A stretch of DNA of 64,000 bases from Azolla caroliniana (lineage: Eukaryota; Plantae; Polypodiophyta): positions 17,670,001 to 17,734,000 of the forward strand of contig JBHGNT010000006.1 of NCBI GenBank assembly GCA_043228905.1, written 5' to 3'. Both the position numbers and the translations under genes were made by a program. Below the pieces are notes generated by a model, which saw nothing but the letters and a program-made list of their open reading frames with translations, ran no database searches and was not told where the DNA came from. Below, piece after piece: positions 1 to 13,108 of the stretch (within the stretch, counting starts at the first letter, position 1; the number at the start of each line of letters is the position of its first letter).

Positions 1-2
1 TA

Positions 3-80
3 TGTAGACTCGTTCCACTCACTAGCAAGAGCTTAGTTATTTATAGGAGATTTGTAGACATTTCCAATGGTAATTTATAA
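3..80 (+). pseudogene. C-terminal end of the FCP1/NIF-like cargo gene (copy 1)
   Basis: Translates CRLVPLTSKSLVIYRRFVDISNGNL*, homologous to CREVPLTSSLAVYRRFQDIGNGML* ending at 19232. Confidence 0.7.
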
Positions 81-428
81 ATATGTAAAGAGATGACATT
101 ATTCAATGAAGAATTTAATTACTTGTTCCCATTGTACTTATCTACTGTGTAATTTGAGGAATATGTTGCAGATTGTTGATTTCATGCTATTGATGACTAT
201 TTAGCTATTGACAGCTAATTAGCTGCATTTGTACAACTAATTAGCTACTAATGACTATTTCGCTGTAACTTATAACTTAAAACTTAACAAAAAAGACATG
301 ATTTTATTGAGAAAGAAGCACAGAAAGCAGATTGTATACAAGAAATTGATTCTCAAACGAATTTATTTAACTGTTTTCGCGAAATACATGTTTGTTTTAC
401 AAGAGAACATGGTAATTGCTACTTGTAG

Positions 429-3400
429 CTACAAATTCCATGGCATACTATTGTAAATACATTCATACACATTAGCACTAACAGTGTATAAACTTGAGCA
501 GCTATTGTATTCTGACATTGGGATATTGATGCACCTGACCAAATGAGAGTACATGTACGCCGTTGGTTTGTCTTCTAACAACCTGTACACATATTCGTAG
601 TCATCTAGTTTTGAATAAAAAATGCCTTCGATGTAGAATGTCCCAGCAGATACAAAATTTCCCCATGCATCTACAATATTCTGCCTTGCACACTGTTTAC
701 TAACCGTGCACTTCAATATATAGAAATCAACACCCTCTGAATTGCCTTCTTCAGCATTTACAACGAAGTTATCCCCAACGTTCAGGACATCACTCAAAGT
801 ATCTCCAAGTCCCTCATATGTGAAGTCAGCATTCTGCCCTGTTTCTCCATCAACTGCTTCCTTATCATTCAGAGTGTGATACTCCCAATTCTAAATGTAT
901 GCTTTGTTTAGACAATATCTCCAATTTCCCTGCACACAATGGAAGCAAAAACAAGTCAATTCTCTAACCGCAATACAATGACCATCCAACCTGGAATAAC
1001 CGCGAACAACATGCAGAGATCGCAATTCGGGAATTCCTTGGCACTCCCAGGTCTTGTCCCTATTTACTTCATCTATCTTCACTTCCCAAAATTCACATTT
1101 GATATCTCGGACTTGCGAGGAATAAACACCTGTTGCACTCGTTGACATATTTGTTCTTAAAAATTCAACTACATGTGATGCACAATTCATGTGCACACCA
1201 TCTGTCTTTAGTTGTTCATGGGTAAGTGCCCGCTTTATAACAGCCCCTGCACCATCATGTTCACCTTTACCATGGCCAGACCCAAAAAAATTCCATCTCA
1301 TCTCCAAACCTGTTATAGCAGGATACCTCCCCACAAAATAAAATGGACGTCGAGCCTTGAATTGTGACGCAGCTCCGTCAGACCAGACCCAATGTTGAGT
1401 AAGCTCCAAACGTTGAGCTAATAACCACTACCAATGTAACTTAAAACAGTGTTGGATGAACAAGGTATCATGCTTCTTATCATCGGAAATAAAGAAATGA
1501 ATTACTTTTTTAACATCACCTGAAACTCGAAAATATGTTATGTGCACAAAAATGGTTACCTGAACTGAACACCAATGCATAGATTGAATTTCATTCTGTT
1601 GTTTGAAAGTATAATTCTCTGCGAAATCTACTACTAAGACTACTACATCATTTGGGAAATCAGATATGCAAGTCTTAAACTGATGGGCCTACCATGAATA
1701 AATGAAGTTGTGTTTAATGAACTTTCCTAGAGATACTACAAACAGAGACACCAAATCCCTTGGTTTAAGCATCTTCCGAACTAGATCCTTTCTTTTACAC
1801 ACCTTTCCTTCGAAATTGGTGTTCACTGACTCAAAGAACTTCACAGAGATCAATATTTCACTACTCAATTCATTTGGACACCACCTAAATCTAGTAGGGC
1901 CACAATCTTGACATAAACCCAAGACACATTTATGAATATGGAAGATAGCGTCAGTTTCTCTCGGACACAATATTGACTCTAATAAATAACTCATGGAAGA
2001 GATAACGTGCTCAGATGATTTACACTCCTCTTGCGGGCTTGATCGACAGATTGGGCACTCACATGTGCAAACTGTATTAGTTAGGGATGCGCTATGGTGA
2101 CGTAGTAGATTAACAGAGTCCTTCAGAAAACCCATCTGTACATGGTAAATGCAACAACATGTGTATCGATCCTTTAAGTGTCTCACAAAGTGTGGCTTAA
2201 GCGACTCGAATGTTCGTAGTTGAACTTTGATAGTTGGATGCATTCGTTTGAACCTAATAAATAAATGGACCTGCGTAATAAAGGGGAATTAGTTATTCTC
2301 GTAACTAGCTAACTATCCTAGTAGCTAATTAGTTATTCTAATAGCTAGTTAGCTATTCTAGTAGCTAATTAGCTATCATGGTAGCTAATTAGCTGTGCTA
2401 GTAGCTAATTAGCTATCATGGTAGCTAATTAGCTGGTCTAGTAGCTAATTAGCTATCATGGTGGCTAATTAGTTGTCCTAGTAGCTAATTAGCTGGTCTA
2501 GTAGCTAATTAGTTCGTCTAGTAGCTAATTAGCTATCATGGTAGCTAATTAGCTTTCCTAGTAACTAATTAGCTAATTAGCTTTCCTAGTAGCTAATTAG
2601 CTATCATGGTAGCTAATTAGCTTTCCTAGTAACTAATTAGCTATCATGGTAGCTAATTAGCTGGTCTAGTAGCTAATTAGTTCGTCTAGTAGCTAATTAG
2701 CTATCATGGTAGCTAATTAGCTTTCCTAGTAACTAATTAACTAATTAGCTTTCCTAGTAGCTAATTAGCTATCATGGTAACTAATTAGCTGGTCTAGTAG
2801 CTAATTAGCTATCATGGTGGCTAATTAGCTGTCCTAGTAAGGTAATTAGCTATCATGGTAGCTAATTAACATTCCTAGTAGCTAATTAGCTGGTAATAAC
2901 GAAATAGCTAACTAGCTACCAGGACAGCTAATTATTTGGTAGTACCTAAATTAGCTATTGAGAATAGCTAATTAGCTATCATGGTAGTAGCTATTGAGAG
3001 TGGCCAGTTACCTATGTAGTAGCTATCCTAGTAGCTAACTGAGGTAAATGTAACTGATAAGCTAATTAGCTCTTCTGTTAATTGAGCTAATTAACTTTCC
3101 GTGTAGAGTCAAAACAAATGTTGAGATAAATGTAAATACCTGAGGTACATCAAGAAGATGAATGGGATGCTCCTCGTATTGATTTCTTCCAACACGTTTC
3201 CTGCATAAATCATTTTTATTGGGTGAAACCCTACTCTCATTAGTCCAAAACATTGTGATTACATCCTTGATTTCAAATGTTATGGGTGTCATTGGCTTAC
3301 ATCTTGTAGTTAGCTTTAGTAGACTAGTTCCTTCACCCGAGGAAATTATACGGTTCATTGTATTGTACACTGTTTTTCTACTAACACCAATTACCTTAGA

Positions 3401-3889
3401 TATCTCACTGATGTTTATATCGTCAACATCACTATTAAGTAACATCATTAGACTAGACCTTTTTAAGACAAGATCCTCTTCTGACCTGCTCATGGATACG
3501 AAACTATTACGAAGATTATTTACTAAAATAGATGATATGTTTGCGTTAAGACCATCACAATCAACTAAGTCCTTTATCGATGGATCATTACATATTCCCT
3601 AAAGTACTACCTTCTTTTCTTCATTGCTGATGTGCTTGGTTTGAACATTGAAATAGTCTACAACCTTTCTCTCTATGATGGTAGTCGCATTACTTACATT
3701 CTCAGCTAAACTATCCTTACCTTTACTGAGTGTGGCTTTCGTATCCTTCAACAATTGACGATGTTTCCTTTTTTTTTCTGCCCAATAGTTTCGTATGGCT
3801 TGTTGTGTCCTGATAGCATCATCCCTATCCTTATGATCATTGAGGGGTAATTCTAAACACCCTTCTTCCCCTTCCATTTGGCTGGACAT
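429..3889 (-). pseudogene. Sola2-like DDD transposase, two exons (3889-3140 and 2270-429), with in-frame stops
   Basis: Motifs VVDFAENY, WSDGAASQFK and FFGSGHGKGEHDG; Cys-rich region; N-terminal HTH-like ISEISKVIGVSRKTVY. GT..AG intron 3139-2271 joins LLDVPQ|VHLFIRFKRMHP in frame. Confidence 0.75.
2300..3075. repeat. Minisatellite of ~20-bp units around the palindrome TAGCTAATTAGCTA, filling the transposase intron
   Basis: Dozens of GTAGCTAATTAGCT cores with variable linkers (ATCATG, GGTCTA, TTCCTA). Confidence 0.95.
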
Positions 3890-4039
3890 ATTAAAACCCT
3901 AAATTTCCAAAAAAAAAAAACAAGTATTTAAAATGGCTATGGGCAACAACAATACACAAAAATATTCCACAATACACAAGATTAAACACAGCAATACACA
4001 AGATAATCAATAGATAGAAAAGTTATTGCAATCCAAGAC

Positions 4040-4745
4040 CGAACAGTAGAGGAGTTCACTCCGTTGGATCGAACAGTAGAGGAGTTCACTCCGTTGGATC
4101 GAACAGTTGAGGAGGCGATCCAGGACCAACCAATGGCGACAACTGAGTGTAGAATGTTGCCGTTGGATGAGTGAACTCCGTCAAATCAAAATGTGGAAGC
4201 AATCCAGAACTGGACAGTAGCGGCAACTGAGTGTAGAATGATGGCAATGGAGGAGAGAACCCCGTCAGATTGAACAATTACCGATGATGCTTGGAACGCA
4301 CAGTAGTGGCCCCTGAGTGTAGAGTGGCACAGAGAAGAGAACCCCGTCAGATTGAACAGCTCTTTGATGATGCTTGGAACGCAAGGTAGCGGCCCCTGAG
4401 TGCAGAGTGGCAAAGAGAAGAGAACCCCGTCAGATTGAATAGTTCTTTGATGATGCTTGGAACGCATAGTAGCGGCCCTTGAGTGTAGAGTGGCATAGAG
4501 AAGAGAACCCCGTCAGATTGAACAACTCTTTGATGATGCTTGGAACGCACAGTAGAGGCCCCTGAGTGTAGAGTGGCACAGAGAAGAGAACCCCGTCAGA
4601 TTGAACAGCTCTTTGATGATGCTTGGAACGCACAGTAGCGGCCCCTGAGTGTAGAGTGGCACAGAGAAGAGAACCTCGTCAAATTCAACAGCTCTTTGAT
4701 TATGCTTGGAACGCACAGTAGCGGCCCCTGAGTGTAGAGTGGCGG
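4040..4745. repeat. 83-bp tandem array (about 6 homogeneous units plus degenerate ones) between the transposase start and end B
   Basis: Unit GATGATGCTTGGAACGCACAGTAGCGGCCCCTGAGTGTAGAGTGGC...; the spurious ORF starts are offset by 83 bp (4467, 4550, 4633, 4716). Confidence 0.95.
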
Positions 4746-5109
4746 CAGGTGGACTCGATAGGGTTTAGCAACAGTGGTAGCAACTAACCCACAATACTCA
4801 ACTAGAGATGGCCTACGTGATGTGGCAAAGGATCATGCATAATGGACCTAGGAATTCGATATATAATTTATGGTACACATTTATGGTGCACATATCAATT
4901 TATGTTGCACGTTTATGTTTCACATTTATGGCACTCATTTACATATGTAATTAAAACACTCTAGTATTTTCAATGGTAGTTTTTTGCATAGTTAATTTAT
5001 TAATGATGACTTCTTACTAAAATGACTATTTATCAATGGTAGCTTTTTGCATAGCTAATTAGCTATGTCAAGGACATAGCTAATTGTTTCCACTCGCATG
5101 CTTTCACCC

Positions 5110-6893
5110 ATATGTCCCCGATTGCTCCTGTCGCCTTCAAATCGTCCAAAATTGTCACGACACCCATACAGCGGACTAAGACATTGGATCTCATTCAATG
5201 ATCTTTTTGGTGGCCCCATATGCGACGTTTTGTCGACGACTACGTTTGGACATGTGATGCTTGCTGTCGAGCAAAGATGCCCCAACACCATCCATATGGC
5301 TTGTTGGAACCCTTACCGATTCCAAGTACGTCGTGGTAGTCTATTTGTTTTGATTTTATCACAGATCTGCCAGTCTCGAAGGGGTTCGATACTATCTTAA
5401 CCGTCATCGATCGATATACTAAGATGGCACATTTTGTGCCGTGTACTAAGGCCATCACTAGCGAGGAAACCGCCGCCCTTGTCATACGTGAGGTATTTCG
5501 GCATGATGGCCTCCTAAACAGTATCATCAGTGACCGAGGACCTCAATTCGTCTTCAAATTTTGGCAGCATCTCTTCAAGATGCTCAAGGTCTCTTGCAAC
5601 CTCTCCTCTAGCTACCATCCCCATACTGATGGGCAGGTGGAACGAACAAACCAAATGCTGGAACAATATCTCAAGTGTTTTCTAAGTTATCAACAGGACA
5701 ATTGGGCTGAGATTCTCCACTTTGCGGACTTTGCATATAATAATGTTGTTCAGTCCTCGACTCGGGTCTCCCCATTTTACACTTATACCGGTTCTCATCC
5801 TCCTTGGTCGGTGATTGATACCCCGGAGCTACCTACCAATCCTCGTGCGGAGGATCATTTGGAGAGGCTACGCAAGATCTAGATGGATCTCTCTACTCAT
5901 CTTCGTCATGCTCAACACACACAGAAGACTTATGCGGATTGTCATCGGCTTCCCTCCTCTTTTGCCATCGGAGATCGAGTATGGCTCTTACGTCGTCATA
6001 TCAAAACTACTCGACCGTGCGACAAGTTGGATTATCGATGACTCGGTTCTTTCCATATTTTACTAGTAAGGTTAATGATGTCACGTTCCGCCTTAATCTC
6101 CTTCCACATCGTCAGATACATCCGGTCTTCCATAGCTCTCTTCTTGAACCGTATAAAGCAAACACTATTCCCGATCGTGTTACACCACCGCAACCCCCGC
6201 TTGAGTTGGAAGCCGGCCTAGAGTATGAAGTTGCTGCCGTCCTCGATTCCAAACTTGTTCGAAATAAACTTTATTATTTGGTCGATTGACTTGGCTATAG
6301 TCCGAGTGAACGTACTTGGGAACCCGTCGAGCATGTCGCCAATGCTTATGATCTTCTTGCTGAGTTCCACCAAAAGTATTCGAACAAACCCAGTTCGCAA
6401 TCAACGCCGACTCGTTCCACTCCTCGTCTTAAGGGAGAGATAGTGTCATGATATGGAAAGACTCGAACCCATGACCTTATGTTATATGGGTCGAGCTCTT
6501 GACCATTATACCATCTATTGTAATACGTAGGATATTATTTTCATTTAAGTTATATTATAGGAAATTAATGTATATTCCAATTTTCTCTGGAACATTCTAG
6601 AAGCTTCAGGATTACTCCTGAGAACACTATAAAAGAAGGCACTAGGCATTATGTTGAACCAAATTGGTTCAACGCCAGTCTTAAGCCTCAGAGCCATCTT
6701 GTACTTACTCTTCCTATAATATATCATTTGTTATCATCATCTCTCTCTCTCTCTCTTGTCCTCACTGTCTCTCTCTCTCTCCTCTTCTCTTCTCTCTCTC
6801 TCAGGAGTCTTACGTAGTCCCGTCCTCTTAGTACTAATAGTACTTCCCTTCTCTATTACTAATTCTCTCTCTGTTTTAGTACTATTCCTGACA
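5110..6893 (+). mobile_element. 3' fragment of a chromovirus (Ty3/gypsy): integrase, chromodomain, PPT and 3' LTR (6444-6893)
   Basis: IISDRGPQF, YHPHTDGQVERTNQMLEQYL, IHPVFHSSLLEPY, YEVAAVLDSK..YYLVD. PPT AAGGGAGAGATAG at 6431-6443; LTR TGTCA...TGACA. Confidence 0.9.
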
Positions 6894-7608
6894 CGTATGT
6901 AAACATTTTATATAACCAATTAATTACCACTACAACATCATTGAATTAATAAAAATAAATTACATATAATAACCATATACATGATTAGAAGGAAGAAGAA
7001 AAAATAGAAAAAAAAACAAGAAAGATTACCGAACTTCCTTTGTTGATCGTTGTCTGGATCAAGGCCGACCGCACATCGATCGATCACCATCAATCAAGAA
7101 GACAGAAGACAACAAAAGAAACATTAGAACATGAGCTCTGAAACCAACTATTAGAGATATGATCGAATGTAAGCGTATGATAAGGAGAAAAGAGTGATAG
7201 ATAGATAGATAGAAAGGAGAGAGAGAAAGAAGGGTGTCGATCCACCTGAGCACCCCCGAGCGAAGGGATCGAGACGGACTCGAGCCTCGATCGGCATCCC
7301 ATACCACCGTCGTGGTGTCCAGTCGTACTTGGTGCTGGCATGCTCACTACAAGAGTTGAACCACCACGAAACAGAGTCTCGACGTAGTCAAAAGATGATG
7401 AAATGAGGGTAGCTAGGCATCTTATTTATAGCGATATCCAAGGCCCCCATGCAAGTTCGCACTCGGCCTAATGGGTTGTGTCAATCCCGAGGATTAAAAG
7501 TAATCATCCCCTTCTTTACACTCTCGTTTATCCCTCACACTTATCCGCGTGTATAGAATACTACGGTAGATTCTCACCACGGGATATTATATGGTCATGC
7601 CCGTAACA
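6894..7608 (-). mobile_element. Truncated 5' LTR, PBS and leader of gypsy family G1
   Basis: Reverse complement of 33794-34500; starts TGTTACGGGCATGACC at 7608; PBS-like TGGTTTCAGAGC near 7135-7146. Confidence 0.85.
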
Positions 7609-7836
7609 GTATACCTAAATTTATGCAGGTATTTCTAGATGATTTTGCATCCTATAACATCAATGTTGATCATCTGGAACATCTTCGACTGTGTCTGCAA
7701 AGGTTTTGACAAGGACGCTTGGGTCTCAATCCTGCTAAATGTGCATTCGGGGTAACGAATGGTACGTTACTAAGCCATATTGTCAGTCAAGAAGGCATTG
7801 CAATCGATCCCAACAAAGTAAAAGCAATTATGGAAG
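7609..7836 (+). pseudogene. Gypsy (non-chromovirus, Tat/Athila-like 'G4') reverse transcriptase fragment
   Basis: FMQVFLDDF, LNPAKCAFGV, HIVSQEGIAIDPNKVKAI. Probably continues at ~49400 beyond the nested insertions. Confidence 0.85.
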
Positions 7837-9825
7837 TGTTAAAGGTTACAGTGACATGGTGCCAAATCCTCAGTCCTTCGGGGGTTCGACTCAAGGGGTA
7901 TTGTGGTTCAGGAATGGTGAAGTACGTTATAACTATGGTATGTGTGACTATACACTGAGCTTGTAAGTGTTAACTTAATCGTGGAGATTGTGGAGCTTCC
8001 GAAGACGGCTACAACCACCTCCTTATGCTATAGCCTACATAGCGTATAAGACTCAACACAATAAAAGAACTTGACACAAAAACGAAGACAAGAGTTACCA
8101 TACACAGAGAGGTATAATGCAGAAGCTTGAATACAAAATTATCGCTCTCTATTACAATTTTTCCATGCACTTTATATACAGGGCCATGGTCGGTTATGCT
8201 CGACGCGTGAACCGTTATATAAATTGATTATGATTGGCTGGCCCTACACTATGGCTACTACTCCCTCATTATTACACTATGCCCCCACCCATCTTCTTCA
8301 CATATTGTAACCGTCCCTTTATCCTTTCTTTTGTGGCATTTCCGACTTGGCCGTCCAAGGCGGCCAACACATGGCACGCCTGTGGGACACTACCTGCATG
8401 GTCGAACCCACTGAAGACCTTCATTCATCGTCAAAGATGTCCAGGATGTTTGGTTTCAGATGGTCCATTTCTTTAGAGACTGCGGGGGGTGTCATGGTTT
8501 GCGTCGTAGGAGCGGAGTCATGGGGACCGATAGTCTCCATTGTCGCAACTTCAAGGGGGGCAGTGTGCGTCGTCGGTTCTAGTACGGCTGGGGCGGTGGG
8601 TTCTGTTGGTTCTGGTTCCACCTCTTGTGTCTGTTCTTCGCGGCGTTCTCCTGCGACAACTTGTGTTGGTACTACTTCATCCGCAGGTGCAACTTCTTGT
8701 GCTTACTCTTCTTGTGGGACTTCCACCGTATCTACTGTCATGGTACCGAGGGGCTCCCCGGATTCATTGTCGGGGAGTATGATGGAGGTCACTCTTCTTC
8801 TGCCTTTGCCTGCTTGTTTTTTATTCCCTGGAGTTGGAGGGAGGTGTCGAGTTGGCTGTCTCAATGATGTCGATCTCGAATAGTGGCACAATTCAAGGGT
8901 TCTCCTCTAGGTAAGTTTCGAGTTCTTCGTCGTCTAACTCCTCTAGCATGCAAACTTCTTCCATGTAAAGGAGAGTCCTAGCCTTAGTGGGTGGGGTGCT
9001 CTCCTCCATCGGACCCGAACCTTGGCTCAGTCGCGTCCCGAACTTTGTTTGATGTTTGCGGAACGTAGCCATGGGCGGCCTAGTAGGAGGGAATATGCGC
9101 CAGGAGCATCAAGGGCCCATACAACGGCCGCTATCTTTAATGCATGTCTGCCGATTACGATTTTTAACTTGCGGGGTAGCCGTAGTGGTCGGACTGATCA
9201 TGTGTCTACCACGTAGAGCCAGAATGGGCATACTTCCCATTCTAAAAATGTCGAGGCGGATGCAAGTGGCATTACTAATGACATTCATGTTAAGAAACAA
9301 GCTCAACAAAAGCACGTCATGCTTATTGGGAAATAAGATCTTTTATAGTAGCTAATAGGAAATTAGCTACTAGTGGACATATAGGTAAAAACAACTATTT
9401 AGCTAGTCAAAAGTAATTAGCTACTCACAACTATATAGCTGAATATGTAAGTCACTTATATACTTAGGTTAAAAAGTAAGAGTGAGATATAGAAGAGTAG
9501 AGAGAGAGAGAGAGAGAGAGAAGAAAAATAGAAAATAGACGAGCTAGGTTTTCTTCTATGTAATGAAATAGAAGCTTTTGGGTTGCTACAAAGGTAAGCC
9601 TCCTTCCCCATTCCTTTTCTGTCTTGAGCACACTAAACGATCTAGCACATCACGATCCATTGTGCATTAAGAAGCGCCAGAGCGCCTTCGTAACATGGTA
9701 TCAAAGCAAAGATGCTCATAAGGAGGAACAATACAAATCTGAGAAGTTTGGTTATGGTTGCTGGTCTAAATTTGAGAGTTGTCTGTGAAGTTAATCGTAG
9801 CAAAAGACCTAATTTGAAAGAGAGA

Positions 9826-10693
9826 ATGGCTTCTGAGAATGGAAGCCAGATAGTCGTAGAAAAGTTAGACAAAACCAATTTTCCTGCGTGGAAATTCAGA
9901 ATGAAAAATTTCCTGATGGGAAAAGGATATTGAGATTATATTGAAGGAGACCTAGAAGAAGCTCCAAAGATCCCTGAAGAAAATGCAATTGTTGCACAGA
10001 TTAAAGCATTTAAGGAATGGAATGAAGGGGCAAGAAAAGCTTTGCATTGGGTGTCAATTAGCATCTCAGATTTGATGCTTCAACACATACAAGATGCTTT
10101 GCTTCCAAAAGAAGCTTGGGATAGTTTGGTAAAATTGTTTGTAATAAACACAAAGGCTAGAAAGCTTCAGTTGAAGACTGAGCTGAATACCTTGGAGAAA
10201 GGTAAGATGTCAGTTAATGAGTGTGCTCTGAAAATAAAGAGTATATGTGAGTCACTTGCTTCTATTAATGTCAAGGTAGAAGATGATGATAAGGTGGAAA
10301 TATGCTTAAGAGGCTTAGGACCTCTCAATATAAAAGGTTCAAAACATCTATTCTCACAAGGGATAACATCCCAAGTTTTCAAGATCTAATTTCAATGCTT
10401 GTAGTGGAAGAAAGAAATTAGATGGATGATGTAAACAAAGGAAATTCTGAGACTAAGGGGCAAGCCCTCGACAATAGTGTTGGAAGAGGCCGAGGAAGAG
10501 GCCATGGAAGATTTGGTTAAGCTAGAACCAACAATAATTATCAAGGAAGAGGAGAACAAGCTACAAGTGGAAGAAACAACATCAGAGGCAAGGGGAGCAA
10601 TTGAGGCAGAGGTAAGAAAACTTTTTTGAATGATGATGGTTGTTGGTATTGTGGAAAATCAGGCCATACACAGGCTGAATGCTATAAAAAGCA
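9826..10693 (+). pseudogene. gag: Copia-A gag
   Basis: EKLDKTNFPAWKFRMKNFL, PKEAWDSL, zinc knuckle CWYCGKSGHTQAEC; stops and frameshifts. Confidence 0.88.
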
Positions 10694-10715
10694 TGTGAAT
10701 GTGAATGTGCAGAAG

Positions 10716-12740
10716 TGTCAGAAAGAACCGGCTCAGCCGGATAGTAACAGAAAATGAGATGAAGTTTTAATGGAAAAGCTTAAAAACATAGAGGAGACAA
10801 AGAGAGCAGAACATAAAACTATATTAAAAATTAACTCTAAAACTCTGTAGATACAACGTGCTAAACAACAGTATTTATACAAGTCCACAAAGGACTGACA
10901 AAAGTACTGACACGTACTTCAATGCTCACAAGTGCGACTGACACTAACTACGAGACAATGATTACCCAATAGTCTAGGCTACTACTAGGCTTTCGGTTCC
11001 TGCCCAAATCCGGCTCCCTGATCCGGCCGGTTGTTTCCAGATACCATCCGGATACCGATCCGGCTCATCCTTCCGGATGCCGATCCGGCTCAGGCTTTTT
11101 CAGCCGATCCAAATCCTGTTGAGCTTGCTCGCGCTCAACACTCCCCCTCAAGCCTAACTTGAGGTCAGATCATGGTGTTAGTGTCCGCGGTAGCCGGTTT
11201 TTCTATATGGCTCCTTCTGGCGTTGCTCCGCCTCGCTCGCGTTCCTCGTCCGGTCCGGTCTTGTTTGCTGCAACCCTTCTGGTTCTGGGCACCTCAATCT
11301 CCTCGGTCAGCTTAACTGTTCAACAGGCCCATTTCAGCTCCCTTATTGCTGCGACTCCGACGCTTGTTGATCCGATGGTTCCTTCGTGTTGGCGTCGACT
11401 TCCGCTACGTCCGTGTACGCTTGGCCTTTAGTTGATCCGGCTTCTCCGAATCTTGAACCGAATTGGTTTCCTTCAATTCGTTCCAGCTCTTGTCTGAGTC
11501 GGTGTTCTCCAACTCATCTTCCGGTTTCAGGCCCTTCACCACACCAGACCACGTCTGGGTCTTGGCCATTTTCTTCCAATCGGCTCTGTCCTTCTTGACT
11601 CTATCGCCGCTACCGCTTGTTCCGACCTTTTCGGATGTACCAACTCCTTCGGTCGGCTCGGCTTCCTTTTTACTCTTTTCTACCCCTTTGTGTGTTCTTT
11701 CTTCCTCTCCGTTCCCTTTCCTTTTCTCCCCCTCAAGTGCGGCCCGTCGAGATGCTAAACACCAAGCATTTCAGTGAAGTGTTGCAACTTGTCCCGACCC
11801 GAGTGGTTTGGTGAAGATATTGGCAATTTGCTGATCCGTTTGAACATACTGAAGTTCTAATTCACCGCTCCAAACCTGCTCACGAACAAAGTGATAATGG
11901 ACTTCTATGTGCTTCATTCAAGCATGGAACACGAGGTTCTTAGCAAGCTGAATGCTGCTGATGTTATCATAGTAGATTAGGATCGGGGTTGATACCTCAA
12001 TCCGTAGGTCTCGCAGTAGTTGCCAAAGCCAGATGGCTTCATAGGTGGCATTGGTAGCGCCCCGGTATTCAGCCTCAATGCTTGATAGAACCACTGTTGG
12101 CTTCTTTTTGTTACTCCATGCAACAGTCGCGCTACCCAGAGAAAACATGTAACCGAAGGTGGATCGGCGATCCGATGCATCACCAGCCCAGTCGGCATCA
12201 GTATATCCGACTAGCTTCCCAGCTATAGTGTGTCAGTATAATAGTCCCTGGTCCTTAGTGCCGCTCACATACCAGAGTATCCGGTGTGCGCACTGAAGGT
12301 GCTCGACGATCGGCTTCTGCATGAGCTGGTTGATCACTCCGACCGGGTAACTGAGGTCTGGTCGAGTGGTTGTCAAGTATATCAGCCTTCCGACGATTTG
12401 CCGGAACCGTTTCTCATCACAGCCCGCCCCGGAGTTGGGATAGAGCTTTTGGTTCCGGTCTAGGGGTGTGGAGACAGGTCGACACTCCGTCATACCGAAC
12501 TTGTATAGCATATTCAACACATAGTGTCGTTGTGAGAGCAATATGCCGTCGGGGGTTCGGATCACCTCGATCCCAAGAAAATAATGAAGGTCCCCCAGGT
12601 TCTTCATTTCAAATGCGTCCAACAGCTGGGATTTTACTTGGCCAATTTCATTGAGTTTGGTCCGGTGATGACTAAATCATCAACATAAAGTAGAATGCAA
12701 ACCGGACCGTCCAGACCTTGTCAGATGAACAACGACAAGT
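10716..12740 (-). mobile_element. 3' part of a second copia element (Copia-B): RT-RNase H remnant, PPT and 3' LTR (11140-10716)
   Basis: [43 protein letters not shown]; PPT GAGGGGGAG then TGTTG...TGACA. Cut at 12741 by end A. Confidence 0.9.
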
Positions 12741-13108
12741 AACACGTTCGCGTTCACAAGTGGAAGGATCACGCATAAATTGAAGGACAAGGAATATTTT
12801 GGTTGATTTTAGTACTTTTTCAATGATTTTACAAAATACATTCATACTAGTATCATAAATGTTCAAATATACTATCAAAAAGGTTAAAAATCCACTATTT
12901 TTGTGATTTAGAAGTAACTAAAAAATGAGGAATTTCAAAAAGTTACATTTGCAATTTATATCACAAACTTTACAACCAATGTTATTTTATAAGAAACGAT
13001 TTTTTAGAAATCATAAGAATTCAAAACACATGCTTTTATATTACTCGATTTGTTACAACCGGAATGTAGTTACACTTAATAACCAAAAATACATTCATGA
13101 TCAGTCCG

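Larger units (their letters stand above)
1..5109 (-). mobile_element. Large DNA transposon segment (Sola2-like transposase side), copy 1; runs off the window start and stops at 'end B'
   Basis: Colinear with 19155-25211. Both copies stop at GTTTCCACTCGCATGCTTTCACCC (5109 and 25211), followed by unrelated flanks. Confidence 0.8.

Noticed and set aside
4086-4716. Family of 'MRSKHHQR' small ORFs
   Set aside because: Artefacts of translating an 83-bp tandem repeat.
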